A stretch of 64,000 nucleotides of DNA from Alphaproteobacteria bacterium (GTDB taxonomy: Bacteria > Pseudomonadota > Alphaproteobacteria > MPNO01): NCBI GenBank assembly GCA_965205995.1, contig OZ242200.1, positions 19,233 to 83,232 of the forward strand. The letters run 5' to 3'. A model generated the notes under the pieces. It saw only the letters and a list, made by a program, of their open reading frames with translations. It made no database searches and was not told the origin of the DNA. Both the position numbers and the translations under genes were made by a program. This document shows, piece by piece, positions 37,571 to 46,755 of the stretch. Every line of letters begins with the position of its first letter. Position 1 is the first letter of the stretch.

Positions 37571-37947
37571 AGCTGCTGGTCGCCATCGCGCTCGGCGGCG
37601 CGACGGGCGCGCTCGCCCGCTATTTCGTCGCGCAGCAGATGACGCAGTGGCTCGGCGCGGGTTTCCCCTGGGGCACCTTCACGGTGAACCTCGTGGGCTC
37701 GTTCGTGCTCGGCCTGCTCGCCGAGACCTTCGCCCTCGCCGCCGACGCGAGCCCCGCCCTGCGCGGGTTCCTGATCGTCGGCCTGCTCGGCAGCTTCACC
37801 ACGTTTTCGACTTTTTCGCTCGACGTCGCGCTCCTGTTCCAGCGCGACCGCATCGACCTCGCCGCGCTCTATATCGCAGGCTCGGTGATCCTCGCCATCG
37901 CCGGGCTCTATGTTGGGCTCAAACTCGCGCGGCTGGCGCTCGGATGA
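37567..37947 (+). CDS. crcB: fluoride efflux channel CrcB/FluC
   Basis: 126 aa, 4 TM, GxxGxxTTFSTFS motif (GLLGSFTTFSTFS); 4-nt overlap with rarA. Confidence 0.85.
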   Translation: MKLLVAIALGGATGALARYFVAQQMTQWLGAGFPWGTFTVNLVGSFVLGLLAETFALAADASPALRGFLIVGLLGSFTTFSTFSLDVALLFQRDRIDLAALYIAGSVILAIAGLYVGLKLARLALG

Positions 37948-38921
37948 GCCGCGCCCGCATCCTCACCGTCGGCCCGGGCGACGACGACATCCGCCTCGAC
38001 CGCTGGTTCCGGCGCCATTTCCCCGAGCTCGGCCACGGACAGCTGGAGAAGCTGCTGCGCACCGGCCAGATCCGGGTGGATGGCGGGCGGGTCAGGGCCT
38101 CGACCCGGGTCGCCACCGGCCGCGCGGTGCGGATTCCGCCGGGTCTTGCCGAGGATCTCGCGGGGCCGGCGCCCCGCCCCGCCGTCTCGCCGGCCGACGC
38201 CGAATTCATCCGAAGCCGCGTGCTCTATCGCGACGACGCGGTGATCGCGATCGACAAGCCCGCCGGGCTCGCCGTGCAGGGCGGCTCCAAGGTGAAGTCT
38301 TCGGTCGATGCGATGCTGGACGCGCTGCGCTTCGACGCGGAGGAACGCCCCCGCCTGGTCCACCGGCTCGACAAGGACACCAGCGGCGTGCTCGCCGTCG
38401 CGCGCAGCCGCAAGGCCGCAGCGTTCCTCGTCGCCGCGTTCCGCGACGCCCGGGTGGAGAAGGAGTACTGGGCGCTGGTCTCCGGCGTGCCGGCGCGGCC
38501 GGACGGTGTCGTCGACCTGCCGCTCGCCAAGACGGCGGCGCCGGGCGACGGGACCCTCGGCGAACGCGTCAGCGGCAACGCCCCCGGCGCCAAGCGGGCG
38601 CGCACCGCCTATGCCGTCATCGCCGAGGCGCGCCGCGTCTCCTGGCTTTCCCTGGTGCCGGAGACCGGCAGGACCCATCAGATCCGCGTCCACTGCCGGG
38701 CGATCGGCGCGCCGATCGTGGGCGACCGGAAATACGGCGCCGACGCGCCCAGGATCGACGGGCCGCCGCCCGCGAACCGCCTGATGCTGCACGCCCGCCG
38801 GCTGGTATTGCCGAGCGCCGGCGCCGCGCCGGTCGCGGTGACGGCGCCGCTCGATGCCGAGATGCGGGCGCAATGGTCGTTCTGGGGGTTCGACGACATC
38901 GATGGCGGAACCAGACCGTGA
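37944..38921 (+). CDS. RluA family pseudouridine synthase (RluC/RluD-like) with S4 domain
   Basis: S4 N-terminus (RLDRWFRRHFPELGHGQLEKLLRTGQIRVDG), catalytic HRLDKDTSGVL motif; ATGA overlap with crcB. Confidence 0.8.
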   Translation: MSRARILTVGPGDDDIRLDRWFRRHFPELGHGQLEKLLRTGQIRVDGGRVRASTRVATGRAVRIPPGLAEDLAGPAPRPAVSPADAEFIRSRVLYRDDAVIAIDKPAGLAVQGGSKVKSSVDAMLDALRFDAEERPRLVHRLDKDTSGVLAVARSRKAAAFLVAAFRDARVEKEYWALVSGVPARPDGVVDLPLAKTAAPGDGTLGERVSGNAPGAKRARTAYAVIAEARRVSWLSLVPETGRTHQIRVHCRAIGAPIVGDRKYGADAPRIDGPPPANRLMLHARRLVLPSAGAAPVAVTAPLDAEMRAQWSFWGFDDIDGGTRP

Positions 38922-39613
38922 ACAGCCGCGACGCCGCTCCTTTGGCCGCCTTCGACCTCGACGGAACGCTGCTCGACAGCGCCGGGCAGATCGTCGAACG
39001 CGTCATCGCCTGCTGGGAGGCCTGCGGCTTCCCTCCGCCGGACCCGGTGCTCGCGAAGCGCATCATCGGCCTGCCCTGGACGAAGAGCGTCCTCGCTCTG
39101 CTGCCCGACGCGGGGCCCGACGAGTTCGAGAAGATCCGCCGCTATTACGACGATGTCCGCGAGGGAAGGCGCGCCGTGCCGCCGCTGTCGGAAACCCTGT
39201 TCGACGGCGCCCGCGCGACGCTCGAAGACCTGCACGGGCGCGGCTACGGGCTCGCCATCGTGACCAGCCGGACCGGGGACAGGCTGGCGGAGCTGTTGCG
39301 GGACCACGGCATCGACCGGCTCTTCCTCGCCTGCAAGACCGCCGATATGGGTCCCGCCAAGCCCGACCCCTATCTGCTCCGGGCGGCGATGGCCGACGCC
39401 GGGGCGAGTCCGGCGACCACGATGATGATCGGCGACACCAGCTATGACATCGAAATGGCGGTCAGCGCCGGGGCGCGCGCGGTCGGGGTGAGCTGGGGCG
39501 TGCACGAGGCGGACGAGCTGCGCAGCGCAGGCGCGCACCGCATCGTCGACAGCTTCGGCGAGGTCCGCGACGCGGCGGTCGCGATGACGGAAGCGGCCCG
39601 GCCGGCAAGCTGA
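38918..39613 (+). CDS. HAD family hydrolase (phosphoglycolate phosphatase-like)
   Basis: AAFDLDGTLLDS motif I, TSRT motif II, K...GDTSYD motif III/IV; GTGA overlap with rluA-family gene. Confidence 0.75.
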   Translation: MNSRDAAPLAAFDLDGTLLDSAGQIVERVIACWEACGFPPPDPVLAKRIIGLPWTKSVLALLPDAGPDEFEKIRRYYDDVREGRRAVPPLSETLFDGARATLEDLHGRGYGLAIVTSRTGDRLAELLRDHGIDRLFLACKTADMGPAKPDPYLLRAAMADAGASPATTMMIGDTSYDIEMAVSAGARAVGVSWGVHEADELRSAGAHRIVDSFGEVRDAAVAMTEAARPAS

Positions 39614-39650
39614 CCCGGCTGGACGCGGCTGCCGCCGGGGGTAGTATCGG

Positions 39651-40178
39651 ATGCTTCAATCGCAAGCGTGCTCACCTGGTGGATCTTCGGCGCCGTCGAG
39701 GCACGCCGAGGCATCGGCGCTGCTGGCGCGGATCGATGCGCTCAACCTCCGCTACGGCCATGCGATCGACGACGGCGAGTATGAGCGCCGGCCCGGCTTC
39801 TTCGTCGAGGACGTGCTCTACAAGATCACCACGCGGTGGAACCACGACCGCGCCATGCCGGCCGGGCTGATGCTGTGCCAGGGCCGGGCGATGATGCAGG
39901 ACCGGGTATCCGCGCTGAGGAGTGCGAACATCTACGAACCCCATTTCTACCGCCATCCGATCGACCCGCCCTCCGGCATCGGCATGTCGGACGGCGCGAT
40001 CGCGGCAACGGCGAGTTTCGCGGTCTGGCGCATCATGCAGTCCGGCGCGCCCGAGATCTTCTGCACCGGCAAATATGTCGAGCGGATCGTGGAGGCCGAC
40101 GGCGCCCTGAAATTCAGCCAGAGGATCGTCGTCTGCGACGGCGAGCGCATCGACACGATGATCGTCATCCCGCTTTAG
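39651..40178 (+). CDS. NTF2-like/SnoaL-like protein resembling ring-hydroxylating dioxygenase beta subunit (orphan)
   Basis: 175 aa; HAIDDGEYERRPGFFVEDVLYKI and C-terminal GKYVERIVEADGALKFSQRIVVCD pattern typical of beta-subunit fold; start uncertain. Confidence 0.45.
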   Translation: MLQSQACSPGGSSAPSRHAEASALLARIDALNLRYGHAIDDGEYERRPGFFVEDVLYKITTRWNHDRAMPAGLMLCQGRAMMQDRVSALRSANIYEPHFYRHPIDPPSGIGMSDGAIAATASFAVWRIMQSGAPEIFCTGKYVERIVEADGALKFSQRIVVCDGERIDTMIVIPL

Positions 40179-40593
40179 CCCGGCAGGCTGACCGGCCAGT
40201 AAGGCGCGACCTCGACCCATTCGTCATCCGACCCGGCGGGCCAGGGCGGAATCGTCACCGCGAACGCCGAGAGCGGCCGATCCCCGGTCGTGCGGAACTG
40301 GAACGAGGTTCCGAGCGGGATCGTCAGGCAGGTATCGGGTTTTAGAGCGACCACCTCTTCCCGGTCGCCGTCGCGGTGCCACATCTCGCCCCGCCAGGAC
40401 AGGATGTACCAGATCTCCTCCACCGTCCGATGACACCCCGCCCGCGAGACCGCGCCCGGGGCGAGCCGGAAATGCGCCGCGCTTCCGCCGCCGAGCGCCG
40501 GCAGCACCCGCACCTCCGATCCGTCGGGCGCGAGGGTGTCCGGTTCGGCGGGGAGGCGCCTGGCGGCGAAGCCCGGATTTTCCGGACCGGCCA
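40175..40593 (-). CDS. cupin domain protein (start uncertain, likely TTG just after GST stop)
   Basis: C-terminal ~140 aa of ORF 40175..40906 carries cupin core (SEVRVLPALGGGSAAHFRLAPGAVSRAGCHRTVEEIWYILSWRGEMW...TIPLGTSFQF); N-terminal part of ORF overlaps GST in another frame and is rejected. Confidence 0.45.
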
Positions 40594-40598
40594 ACCGC

Positions 40599-41291
40599 TC
40601 AGCGCTTCCTGTACTGCGCGGCGCCGAACATGTTGGACCAGTTTTCCTCGTTCCATTCCCACTCATCGGCGGTGTCGGTGAGCCGCTCCATGTCCCTGGC
40701 GACGGCGGGCCGGGCCGAGATGTCGTCGAACCAGCGCAGCACGTTGGGGTGGTCCTCCAGCCGCTGGCCCTGGCGTCCGTGCAGCCGGCACCAGGGAAAG
40801 ATCGCCATGTCGGCGATCGAATAGTCGCCGGCGACGTAGGGGACCTCGCCGAGCCGGCGGTCGAGGACCCCGTAAAGCCGCCGCGCCTCGTTGGTGTAGC
40901 GGTCATAGGCGTAGTCGATCTTTTCCGGCGCGTAGGCGCGGAAATGATGGGCCTGGCCGAGCATCGGGCCGAAGCTCGCCATCTGCCACATCAGCCACTG
41001 CATCGCCTCCAGCCGGGCGCGCGGCTCCGCCGGCATGAACTGCCCGGTCTTGTCGGCGAGGTAGAGCAGGATCGCGCCCGATTCGAAGACCGCGATCGGC
41101 GCGCCGTCCGGCCCGTCGTCGTCTGCCAGAGCGGGGATCTTGTTGTTCGGGCTTATGGCGAGGAATTCGGGGTCGAACTGGTCGCCCTTTTCCAGATCCA
41201 CCCAGTGCTCGTTATAGGCAAGCCCGGTCTCTTCCAGCATGATGTGGATCTTCTGGCCGTTCGGCGTTGCCGAGGTGTAGAGATCGATCAC
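40599..41291 (-). CDS. glutathione S-transferase (Nu/YfcG-like class)
   Basis: GTG start; IDLYTSATPNGQKIHIMLEETGLAYNEHWVDLEKGDQFDPEFLAISPNNKIPAL thioredoxin-like N-domain plus alpha-helical C-domain. Confidence 0.8.
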   Translation of the reverse strand: MIDLYTSATPNGQKIHIMLEETGLAYNEHWVDLEKGDQFDPEFLAISPNNKIPALADDDGPDGAPIAVFESGAILLYLADKTGQFMPAEPRARLEAMQWLMWQMASFGPMLGQAHHFRAYAPEKIDYAYDRYTNEARRLYGVLDRRLGEVPYVAGDYSIADMAIFPWCRLHGRQGQRLEDHPNVLRWFDDISARPAVARDMERLTDTADEWEWNEENWSNMFGAAQYRKR

Positions 41292-41376
41292 ATTCCGCTC
41301 CCGGCGTTGTTCAGGGACGGCGCAGAAAACCACAGTTCATCGGCGCTGAGAACAGGCGCGGGGAGCGTAAGGCGGT

Positions 41377-41910
41377 TTGAGCGCGTGGATCTTCGGCTAC
41401 GGCTCGCTGATTTGGCGGCCGGACTTCCCCTATCTGGAACGAAGGACGGCGGCGATCGACGGCTGGTCCCGCCGGTTCTGGCAGGGTTCGACCGATCACC
41501 GGGGGGTGCCGGGCGATCCCGGGCGGGTGGTCACCCTGGTGCCCGAGGGCGGCGCCAGATGCTGGGGCAGGGCCTATCGCATCGCGCCGGAGACCGGGGA
41601 CGAGATCCTGGGCCGGCTGGCCCATCGGGAGAAGGGCGGCTACGACCGCATCGTTCTCGATCTCCGCTTCGCCGAGCCCGGAGAGGCGTCGGTGCCCGGT
41701 TTCGTCTATTTCGCCAACCGGCGCAACCCGAACTGGCTCGGCCCGGCGCCGCTGCCCGACATCGCCCGCCAGGTGCGCCGCAGCCACGGGCCGAGCGGCG
41801 CCAACACCGACTATGTGCTGCAACTCGCCCGGGCGCTGCGCGGCATGGGGGTGGAGGACGCGCATGTGTTCGCGCTCGCCGACCTCGTCAAAGGCAACGG
41901 GGCACCCTAG
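41377..41910 (+). CDS. gamma-glutamylcyclotransferase (ChaC family)
   Basis: WIFGYGSLIWRP N-terminal motif, catalytic Glu region (LAHREKGGYDRIVL). Confidence 0.7.
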   Translation: MSAWIFGYGSLIWRPDFPYLERRTAAIDGWSRRFWQGSTDHRGVPGDPGRVVTLVPEGGARCWGRAYRIAPETGDEILGRLAHREKGGYDRIVLDLRFAEPGEASVPGFVYFANRRNPNWLGPAPLPDIARQVRRSHGPSGANTDYVLQLARALRGMGVEDAHVFALADLVKGNGAP

Positions 41911-41941
41911 ATTATGGGCAGCACAGAGAAGGAGGATGGCG

Positions 41942-42415
41942 ATGGCGAAAGCAACATTCGGTGCCGGCTGCTTCTGGGGCGTCGAGGAGGCCTATCGTCA
42001 GGTCGAGGGCATCACCGCCACCGCGGTCGGCTATGCCGGCGGGCAAGTGGACGACCCGACCTACGAGATGGTGTGCTCGGGCCGGACCGGCCACGCCGAG
42101 GTGGTCCAGGTCGAGTACGACCCCGGCAAGGTGAGCTACGAAGCGCTGCTGAAACTGTTCTGGCAGGTGCACGACCCGACCCAGGTGAACCGCCAGGGTC
42201 CCGATATGGGCACCCAGTACCGGACCGTCATCTTCGCCGATGACGACCACCAGGCCGAGGCCGCGCGAAGGTCGCTCGACGACGAACAGGCGAGCGGACG
42301 CCACCGCCGCGATATCGCGACGCAGATCGAGCCCGCGCCGAACTTCTGGATGGCCGAGGACTACCACCAGCAATATTTCTCCAAGCGCGGCCGCCGCAGG
42401 TTGGGTCTGTTCTAG
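41942..42415 (+). CDS. msrA: peptide-methionine (S)-S-oxide reductase
   Basis: ATFGAGCFWGVEE catalytic motif, EVVQVEYDP, HDPTQVNRQGPDMGTQYRT; GAAGGAGG RBS. Confidence 0.9.
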   Translation: MAKATFGAGCFWGVEEAYRQVEGITATAVGYAGGQVDDPTYEMVCSGRTGHAEVVQVEYDPGKVSYEALLKLFWQVHDPTQVNRQGPDMGTQYRTVIFADDDHQAEAARRSLDDEQASGRHRRDIATQIEPAPNFWMAEDYHQQYFSKRGRRRLGLF

Positions 42416-42499
42416 GAAGCCGGTCTTCCCGGGTGCCGCCCCGGGACGACGTACCCGACCCGTTCGAGTAAAATCCCGGTGCAATCGGGGAGGGCGCGC

Positions 42500-43687
42500 A
42501 TGGCGACGATGGCGCAGGAAGTCGAAACCGGCGCGGCGCTGATCGAGCGTGCGCAGGAATTGGTTCCGACGCTCGCCGCGCGGGCCGCCGAGACCGCCGC
42601 GCTCAGGCGCATGCCGGACCAGACCTTTCGCGATCTGCGCGACCTCGACCTCCTGAAGGCGGCGCGCGCCGAGCGCTTCGGCGGCTACGCGCTCGGCCTC
42701 GACGAGGTGCTCGAAATCGTCGTTCGGCTCGGGCGCGGCTGCGGCTCCACCGCCTGGGTCTACGGCATCTATTGCGACCACGCGATCACCGTCGGCATGT
42801 TCGAGCCCGAGGCCCAGGACGATGTCTGGGGCAACGACCCGGAAGCGGTCATCTCGTCCGGGCTGGCGCCTTCCGGCAAGGTCGAACGCCTCTCCGACGG
42901 CTTTCGCCTCAACGGGCGCTGGCAGTTCTCCAGCGGCTGCGACCACGCGGGCTGGGTTTTCGTGCAAAGCATGATCCCGCCCGAAGTGGACGGCGAGGGG
43001 CCGACGCCGGCCTATCTCCTGCTGCCGCGCAGCGACTGGGAAATCGACGACACCTGGTTCGTCTCCGGACTCACCGGCACCGGCAGCAAGGATATCGTGA
43101 TCGAGGACGCGTTCGTGCCGCCGCACCGGGTGCAGCCGATCGCTCCGCTGAATCTGGGCGAGGGGCCGGGCGCGCGGGTCAACCCGGCGCCGATCTACCG
43201 TCTGCCGCGGATCTCCACGGTGCCGTTCTCGCTGGTCGCGCCGGCGCTCGGCGTGGTCGATGCGATGATCGATGCCTTCGTCGAGCGGACGAGTGCGCGG
43301 GCGACGCGCGGGGTGCGCCACGCGGAGCTGACGACGGTCCAGCTCCGCCTCGCCGAGGCCGCCGCCGAGCGGGACTGCGCGAGGCTCCTGCTGGCCCGCG
43401 CGACCGGGGAGACGATGGCGGCGATGCGGAGCGCGGGGAAGCTGTCGCTCGACCAGCGCGCGCGCAACCGCCGCGACATGGCCTATATCGCGACCCTGCT
43501 CACCCGCGCCGCCGACCGGATCTACACCGTGACCGGGGCGAGCGGGCTGTTCGACGGCAACGACCTCAACCGGATGTTCCACGACATCCGCGCGGTCGCC
43601 GCGCACCACATCACGAGCTGGGACATCGCCGGGCCGACCTTTGGACAGGTCGCGCTCGGCGTCGAGCCCACCAGCCCCCTCGTCTAG
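42500..43687 (+). CDS. acyl-CoA dehydrogenase-fold flavin-dependent monooxygenase (two-component, DszC/HsaA/SfnB-like group)
   Basis: 395 aa; ACAD N/middle/C domains without the catalytic Glu context of true ACADs; MPDQTFRDLRDLDLLKAARAERFGG resembles group-D flavin monooxygenases; GGGAGG RBS. Confidence 0.7.
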   Translation: MATMAQEVETGAALIERAQELVPTLAARAAETAALRRMPDQTFRDLRDLDLLKAARAERFGGYALGLDEVLEIVVRLGRGCGSTAWVYGIYCDHAITVGMFEPEAQDDVWGNDPEAVISSGLAPSGKVERLSDGFRLNGRWQFSSGCDHAGWVFVQSMIPPEVDGEGPTPAYLLLPRSDWEIDDTWFVSGLTGTGSKDIVIEDAFVPPHRVQPIAPLNLGEGPGARVNPAPIYRLPRISTVPFSLVAPALGVVDAMIDAFVERTSARATRGVRHAELTTVQLRLAEAAAERDCARLLLARATGETMAAMRSAGKLSLDQRARNRRDMAYIATLLTRAADRIYTVTGASGLFDGNDLNRMFHDIRAVAAHHITSWDIAGPTFGQVALGVEPTSPLV

Positions 43688-43768
43688 CCGGGATACTCCC
43701 GGAGCAGCGCAGCCTCGATGGGAACGCCGAGGCTTTCGTGGATGCCGTTTCCTCGGCCATGACGGTTC

Positions 43769-45184
43769 TCAGCCCAGATAGTCTTCGAGCCTTACCTTGC
43801 CCCAGTTGAAGGGAAAGGCTTCGCGGAAATCGTCGCCCCCGCGATGGGGTTTGGCGGTGGCGTCGATGCCGATCTTGCCGACCAGGCGGAAGGGCTCGTG
43901 GCCCGGGATCGGCGCGGCCGAGGGATCGTAGGGCGAGCCCCGCGTCCCGGGCACCACGACGATGTCCCGCGCCGGATCGACCCGGGTCGCCATCGCGCGG
44001 TAGACCGCGCCCGGGCTGTCGATATCGGTATCGGGGCCGATCGCGACCACCATCTTGGTGTTGAGCCAGGGCGCCCCCATGGCCTGCATCAGCGCGTCGT
44101 TGACGAAGCCTTCGCGCGGATAGCTCACCTGGATTATGCAGGATACCGCGGCGCCCCAGGTCGGGAAGCGGACATCGTGCACGGTGAGCCCGATCTCGGT
44201 GATCCGGTTGTAGAGCACCGCCTCGTGGCACAGCCTCGGCAGCGGCTGATGATCGGTCTCCGGCACGGTCTGGTGGTTGCGGTAGATCGGCCTGGAGGCG
44301 CGCATGGTGATCGCGGTCAGGTCGATGCGCGGGATCTTCTGCTCCTTTGGGAGGAAGTACATGGTGGGGGCGTTCACCCCGCCGGCTTCGTGCGTCCGGG
44401 AGAGGTCGACCACCCCCTCGACCACGATCTCCGCATGGGCCGGGACGCGGAGGTCGATGGTCTCGCAGGGCACCATCTCGACGTCCCGGTCCATGATCGT
44501 GCCGACCATCTCCAGCTCGCCCCAGAGGTCCATATGCATGCCGGAGAAGTTGGCCATGATCTCGTAGGCCGGATGGACCCCGAAGACGAGCGCGATCGGC
44601 ATCTCGGTGAGGCCCCGCTCGCGGTACTTGTCCATGACGATGTGGGTGTGCGGGGTGGCGAAGCTGATCCAGCCGTGGCGCGGGCCGACCGGCGTGGTGC
44701 CGGCATGCGAGGAGTTGTAGAAGCCGGTCTCCGGGTCCCTGACGATGTTCATCGCCGAGATGTAGCGCTGGCCCTCCTCGGCCGAGTGGACCGGCACCGG
44801 CAGCTTCAGCCAGTCGACCTCCTCGCCGGTCCGGACGATTTCCTTGACCGGGCCGGTGGGCACGTCGACGAAGCCGCGCGGCGGCTGGCGCAGGCGCCGC
44901 GCCAGCGTCGGCAGGTAATCGGCCTGCGCCACGCCGAGCGCGCGGCATTGCGACCAGCGATGCTTGACCAGGATGTCGCAGAGCCGGAAGTCGGGGTATT
45001 CGGCGATGTTCTCGAACAGGATCGGCCCCTCGGACTGCGCCGACAGCGCGCCGATGTCGTCGATCGAGACCGGTTTCTCGATCACCGTCAGGATATCGGC
45101 GTTGGTCTCCAGATAACCGCGCAGATCCCGGTCCAAAGCCCGGTTGGTCAACGCGCGCGGCTCTTCGGGCGCGGCACCGGCCAT
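43769..45184 (-). CDS. UbiD family (prFMN-dependent) reversible decarboxylase
   Basis: 471 aa; N-terminal DLRGYLE...DILTVIEKPVSIDD, conserved UbiD core (NIVRDPETG, EMVGTIMDRD, PKEQKIPRIDL-like), strong GAGGAGG RBS. Confidence 0.85.
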   Translation of the reverse strand: MAGAAPEEPRALTNRALDRDLRGYLETNADILTVIEKPVSIDDIGALSAQSEGPILFENIAEYPDFRLCDILVKHRWSQCRALGVAQADYLPTLARRLRQPPRGFVDVPTGPVKEIVRTGEEVDWLKLPVPVHSAEEGQRYISAMNIVRDPETGFYNSSHAGTTPVGPRHGWISFATPHTHIVMDKYRERGLTEMPIALVFGVHPAYEIMANFSGMHMDLWGELEMVGTIMDRDVEMVPCETIDLRVPAHAEIVVEGVVDLSRTHEAGGVNAPTMYFLPKEQKIPRIDLTAITMRASRPIYRNHQTVPETDHQPLPRLCHEAVLYNRITEIGLTVHDVRFPTWGAAVSCIIQVSYPREGFVNDALMQAMGAPWLNTKMVVAIGPDTDIDSPGAVYRAMATRVDPARDIVVVPGTRGSPYDPSAAPIPGHEPFRLVGKIGIDATAKPHRGGDDFREAFPFNWGKVRLEDYLG

Positions 45185-45229
45185 GATCGCCTCCTCATGA
45201 GGGATTAGGCGTCAGGATATGCCGCGGCG

Positions 45230-45319
45230 CCCGCTCGACCAACAGGGCCGCTACTCAGGATGAGGGGTGAAAGAACCGCCTCATCCCGAGTAGGTCCCCA
45301 AGGGACCGTATCGAGGGAC
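45230..45319. repeat. palindromic repeat element copy F (degenerate left arm) in divergent UbiD/LLM intergenic region
   Basis: GGCCGCTACTCAGGATGAGGGG-loop-CCTCATCCCGAGTAGGTCCCCAAGGGACCGTATCGAGGGAC, followed by CCCCACCCGGCATTGGACC module. Confidence 0.7.
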
Positions 45320-45417
45320 GCACCCCGCCGGCCCCACCCGGCATTGGACCTTTGCCCGGCCGGGCGGGCTGGGGTAGCGTTTCCGGACAGCAGATTCATT
45401 TTCGGGGTCGAGGCGCG

Positions 45418-46755
45418 ATGGCCGATGGACGGAACGGCGGGAACCATCCGGGCATGAAGCTCGGCATGTTCTACTGGCCCTGCGGCCACCACATGGCCGC
45501 GTGGCGGCACCCCGACGGCGTCGCCGATTCGGGCGCCAATATCGATCACATCGTCGGGCTTGCGAAGCTCGCCGAGCGCGGCCTGTTCGATTTGTTCTTT
45601 ATGGCCGATTCGGTCTCGTTCTGGCGCGGCGACCTCAAATCGATGACCCGGGATTCCCACGGCGCCTGGATCGAGCCGTTCACCGTGATGTGCTCGCTCG
45701 CCCAGCACACGCGCAATATCGGCCTGGTCTGCACGTCGACCACGACCTACGACCAGCCTTATTTGATCGCCAGGCGGTTCGCGTCGCTAGACGTCGCCAG
45801 CGGCGGCCGGGCGGGGTGGAACCTGATCACCTCGGCCAACAAGCTGGAGGCCGACAGCTTCGGGGTCGACGAGCACATGGAGAAGACCGAGCGCTACCGC
45901 CGCGGTCGCGAGTTCGCCCATGTGGTGCGCGGGCTGTGGAACTCCTGGGGCGAGGACGTGTTCGTCCGCGACAAGGAAAGCGGCCTCTATTTCGACGAGA
46001 GCAAGCTCACCGTGATGGAGCACAAGGGGGCGCATTTCCGGGTGCGCGGGCCGATCAACGTACCGCCCTCGCCGCAAGGGGAGCCGGTGATGGTGCAGGC
46101 CGGCGCGTCCGATGACGGGCGCCAGCTCGCGGCGGAAACCGCCGAGGTGATCTTCGGCGCGCAGCAGACCCTCGAGGGGGCGCAGGAGTTCTATGCCGAC
46201 GTGAAGGGCCGCATGACCGCCATCGGCCGCGACCCAGATTCGCTCAAAGTCATGCCCGGGCTCGCCGTCTGCGTCGGCCGCACCCAGCAAGAGGCCGAGG
46301 ACAAGTACGAGGTCTTGCAGGACCTGATCGACCCGCTGGCCGGGATGCAGCTGCTGTCCAGGCGGGTCGATTTCGACCTCACCGGCTATGACGTCGACGG
46401 CCCGCTGCCGGAACTGCCGCCCAACAAGGTCGTATCCACAAGGGCGCAGCTCTTCGCCGAGATCGGGCGGCGGGAGAACCTCACCATACGCGACCTCTAC
46501 CGCCGCGTCGCCGGCGCGCGGGGGCATTACGAGATCATCGGCACGCCCGACAGCATCGCCGACATGATGGAGCAATGGGTGCGCGAGCGCGGCTGCGACG
46601 GCTTCAACATCATGCCGCCGGTGTTCCCGTCGAGCCTTGAGGATTTCATCGAGCTGGTGATCCCCGAACTCCAGCGGCGCGGGCTCTACCGCACCGAATA
46701 CGAGGGCGCGACGCTCAGGGAAAATCTCGGCATCGAACGCCCGCCCTGGCCCTAG
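45418..46755 (+). CDS. LLM class flavin-dependent monooxygenase (NtaA/SnaA/DszA family)
   Basis: ~445 aa from MADGRNGGNHPGMKLGMFYWPCGHH; luciferase-like TIM barrel with family insertion; alternative start 45454. Confidence 0.8.
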   Translation: MADGRNGGNHPGMKLGMFYWPCGHHMAAWRHPDGVADSGANIDHIVGLAKLAERGLFDLFFMADSVSFWRGDLKSMTRDSHGAWIEPFTVMCSLAQHTRNIGLVCTSTTTYDQPYLIARRFASLDVASGGRAGWNLITSANKLEADSFGVDEHMEKTERYRRGREFAHVVRGLWNSWGEDVFVRDKESGLYFDESKLTVMEHKGAHFRVRGPINVPPSPQGEPVMVQAGASDDGRQLAAETAEVIFGAQQTLEGAQEFYADVKGRMTAIGRDPDSLKVMPGLAVCVGRTQQEAEDKYEVLQDLIDPLAGMQLLSRRVDFDLTGYDVDGPLPELPPNKVVSTRAQLFAEIGRRENLTIRDLYRRVAGARGHYEIIGTPDSIADMMEQWVRERGCDGFNIMPPVFPSSLEDFIELVIPELQRRGLYRTEYEGATLRENLGIERPPWP

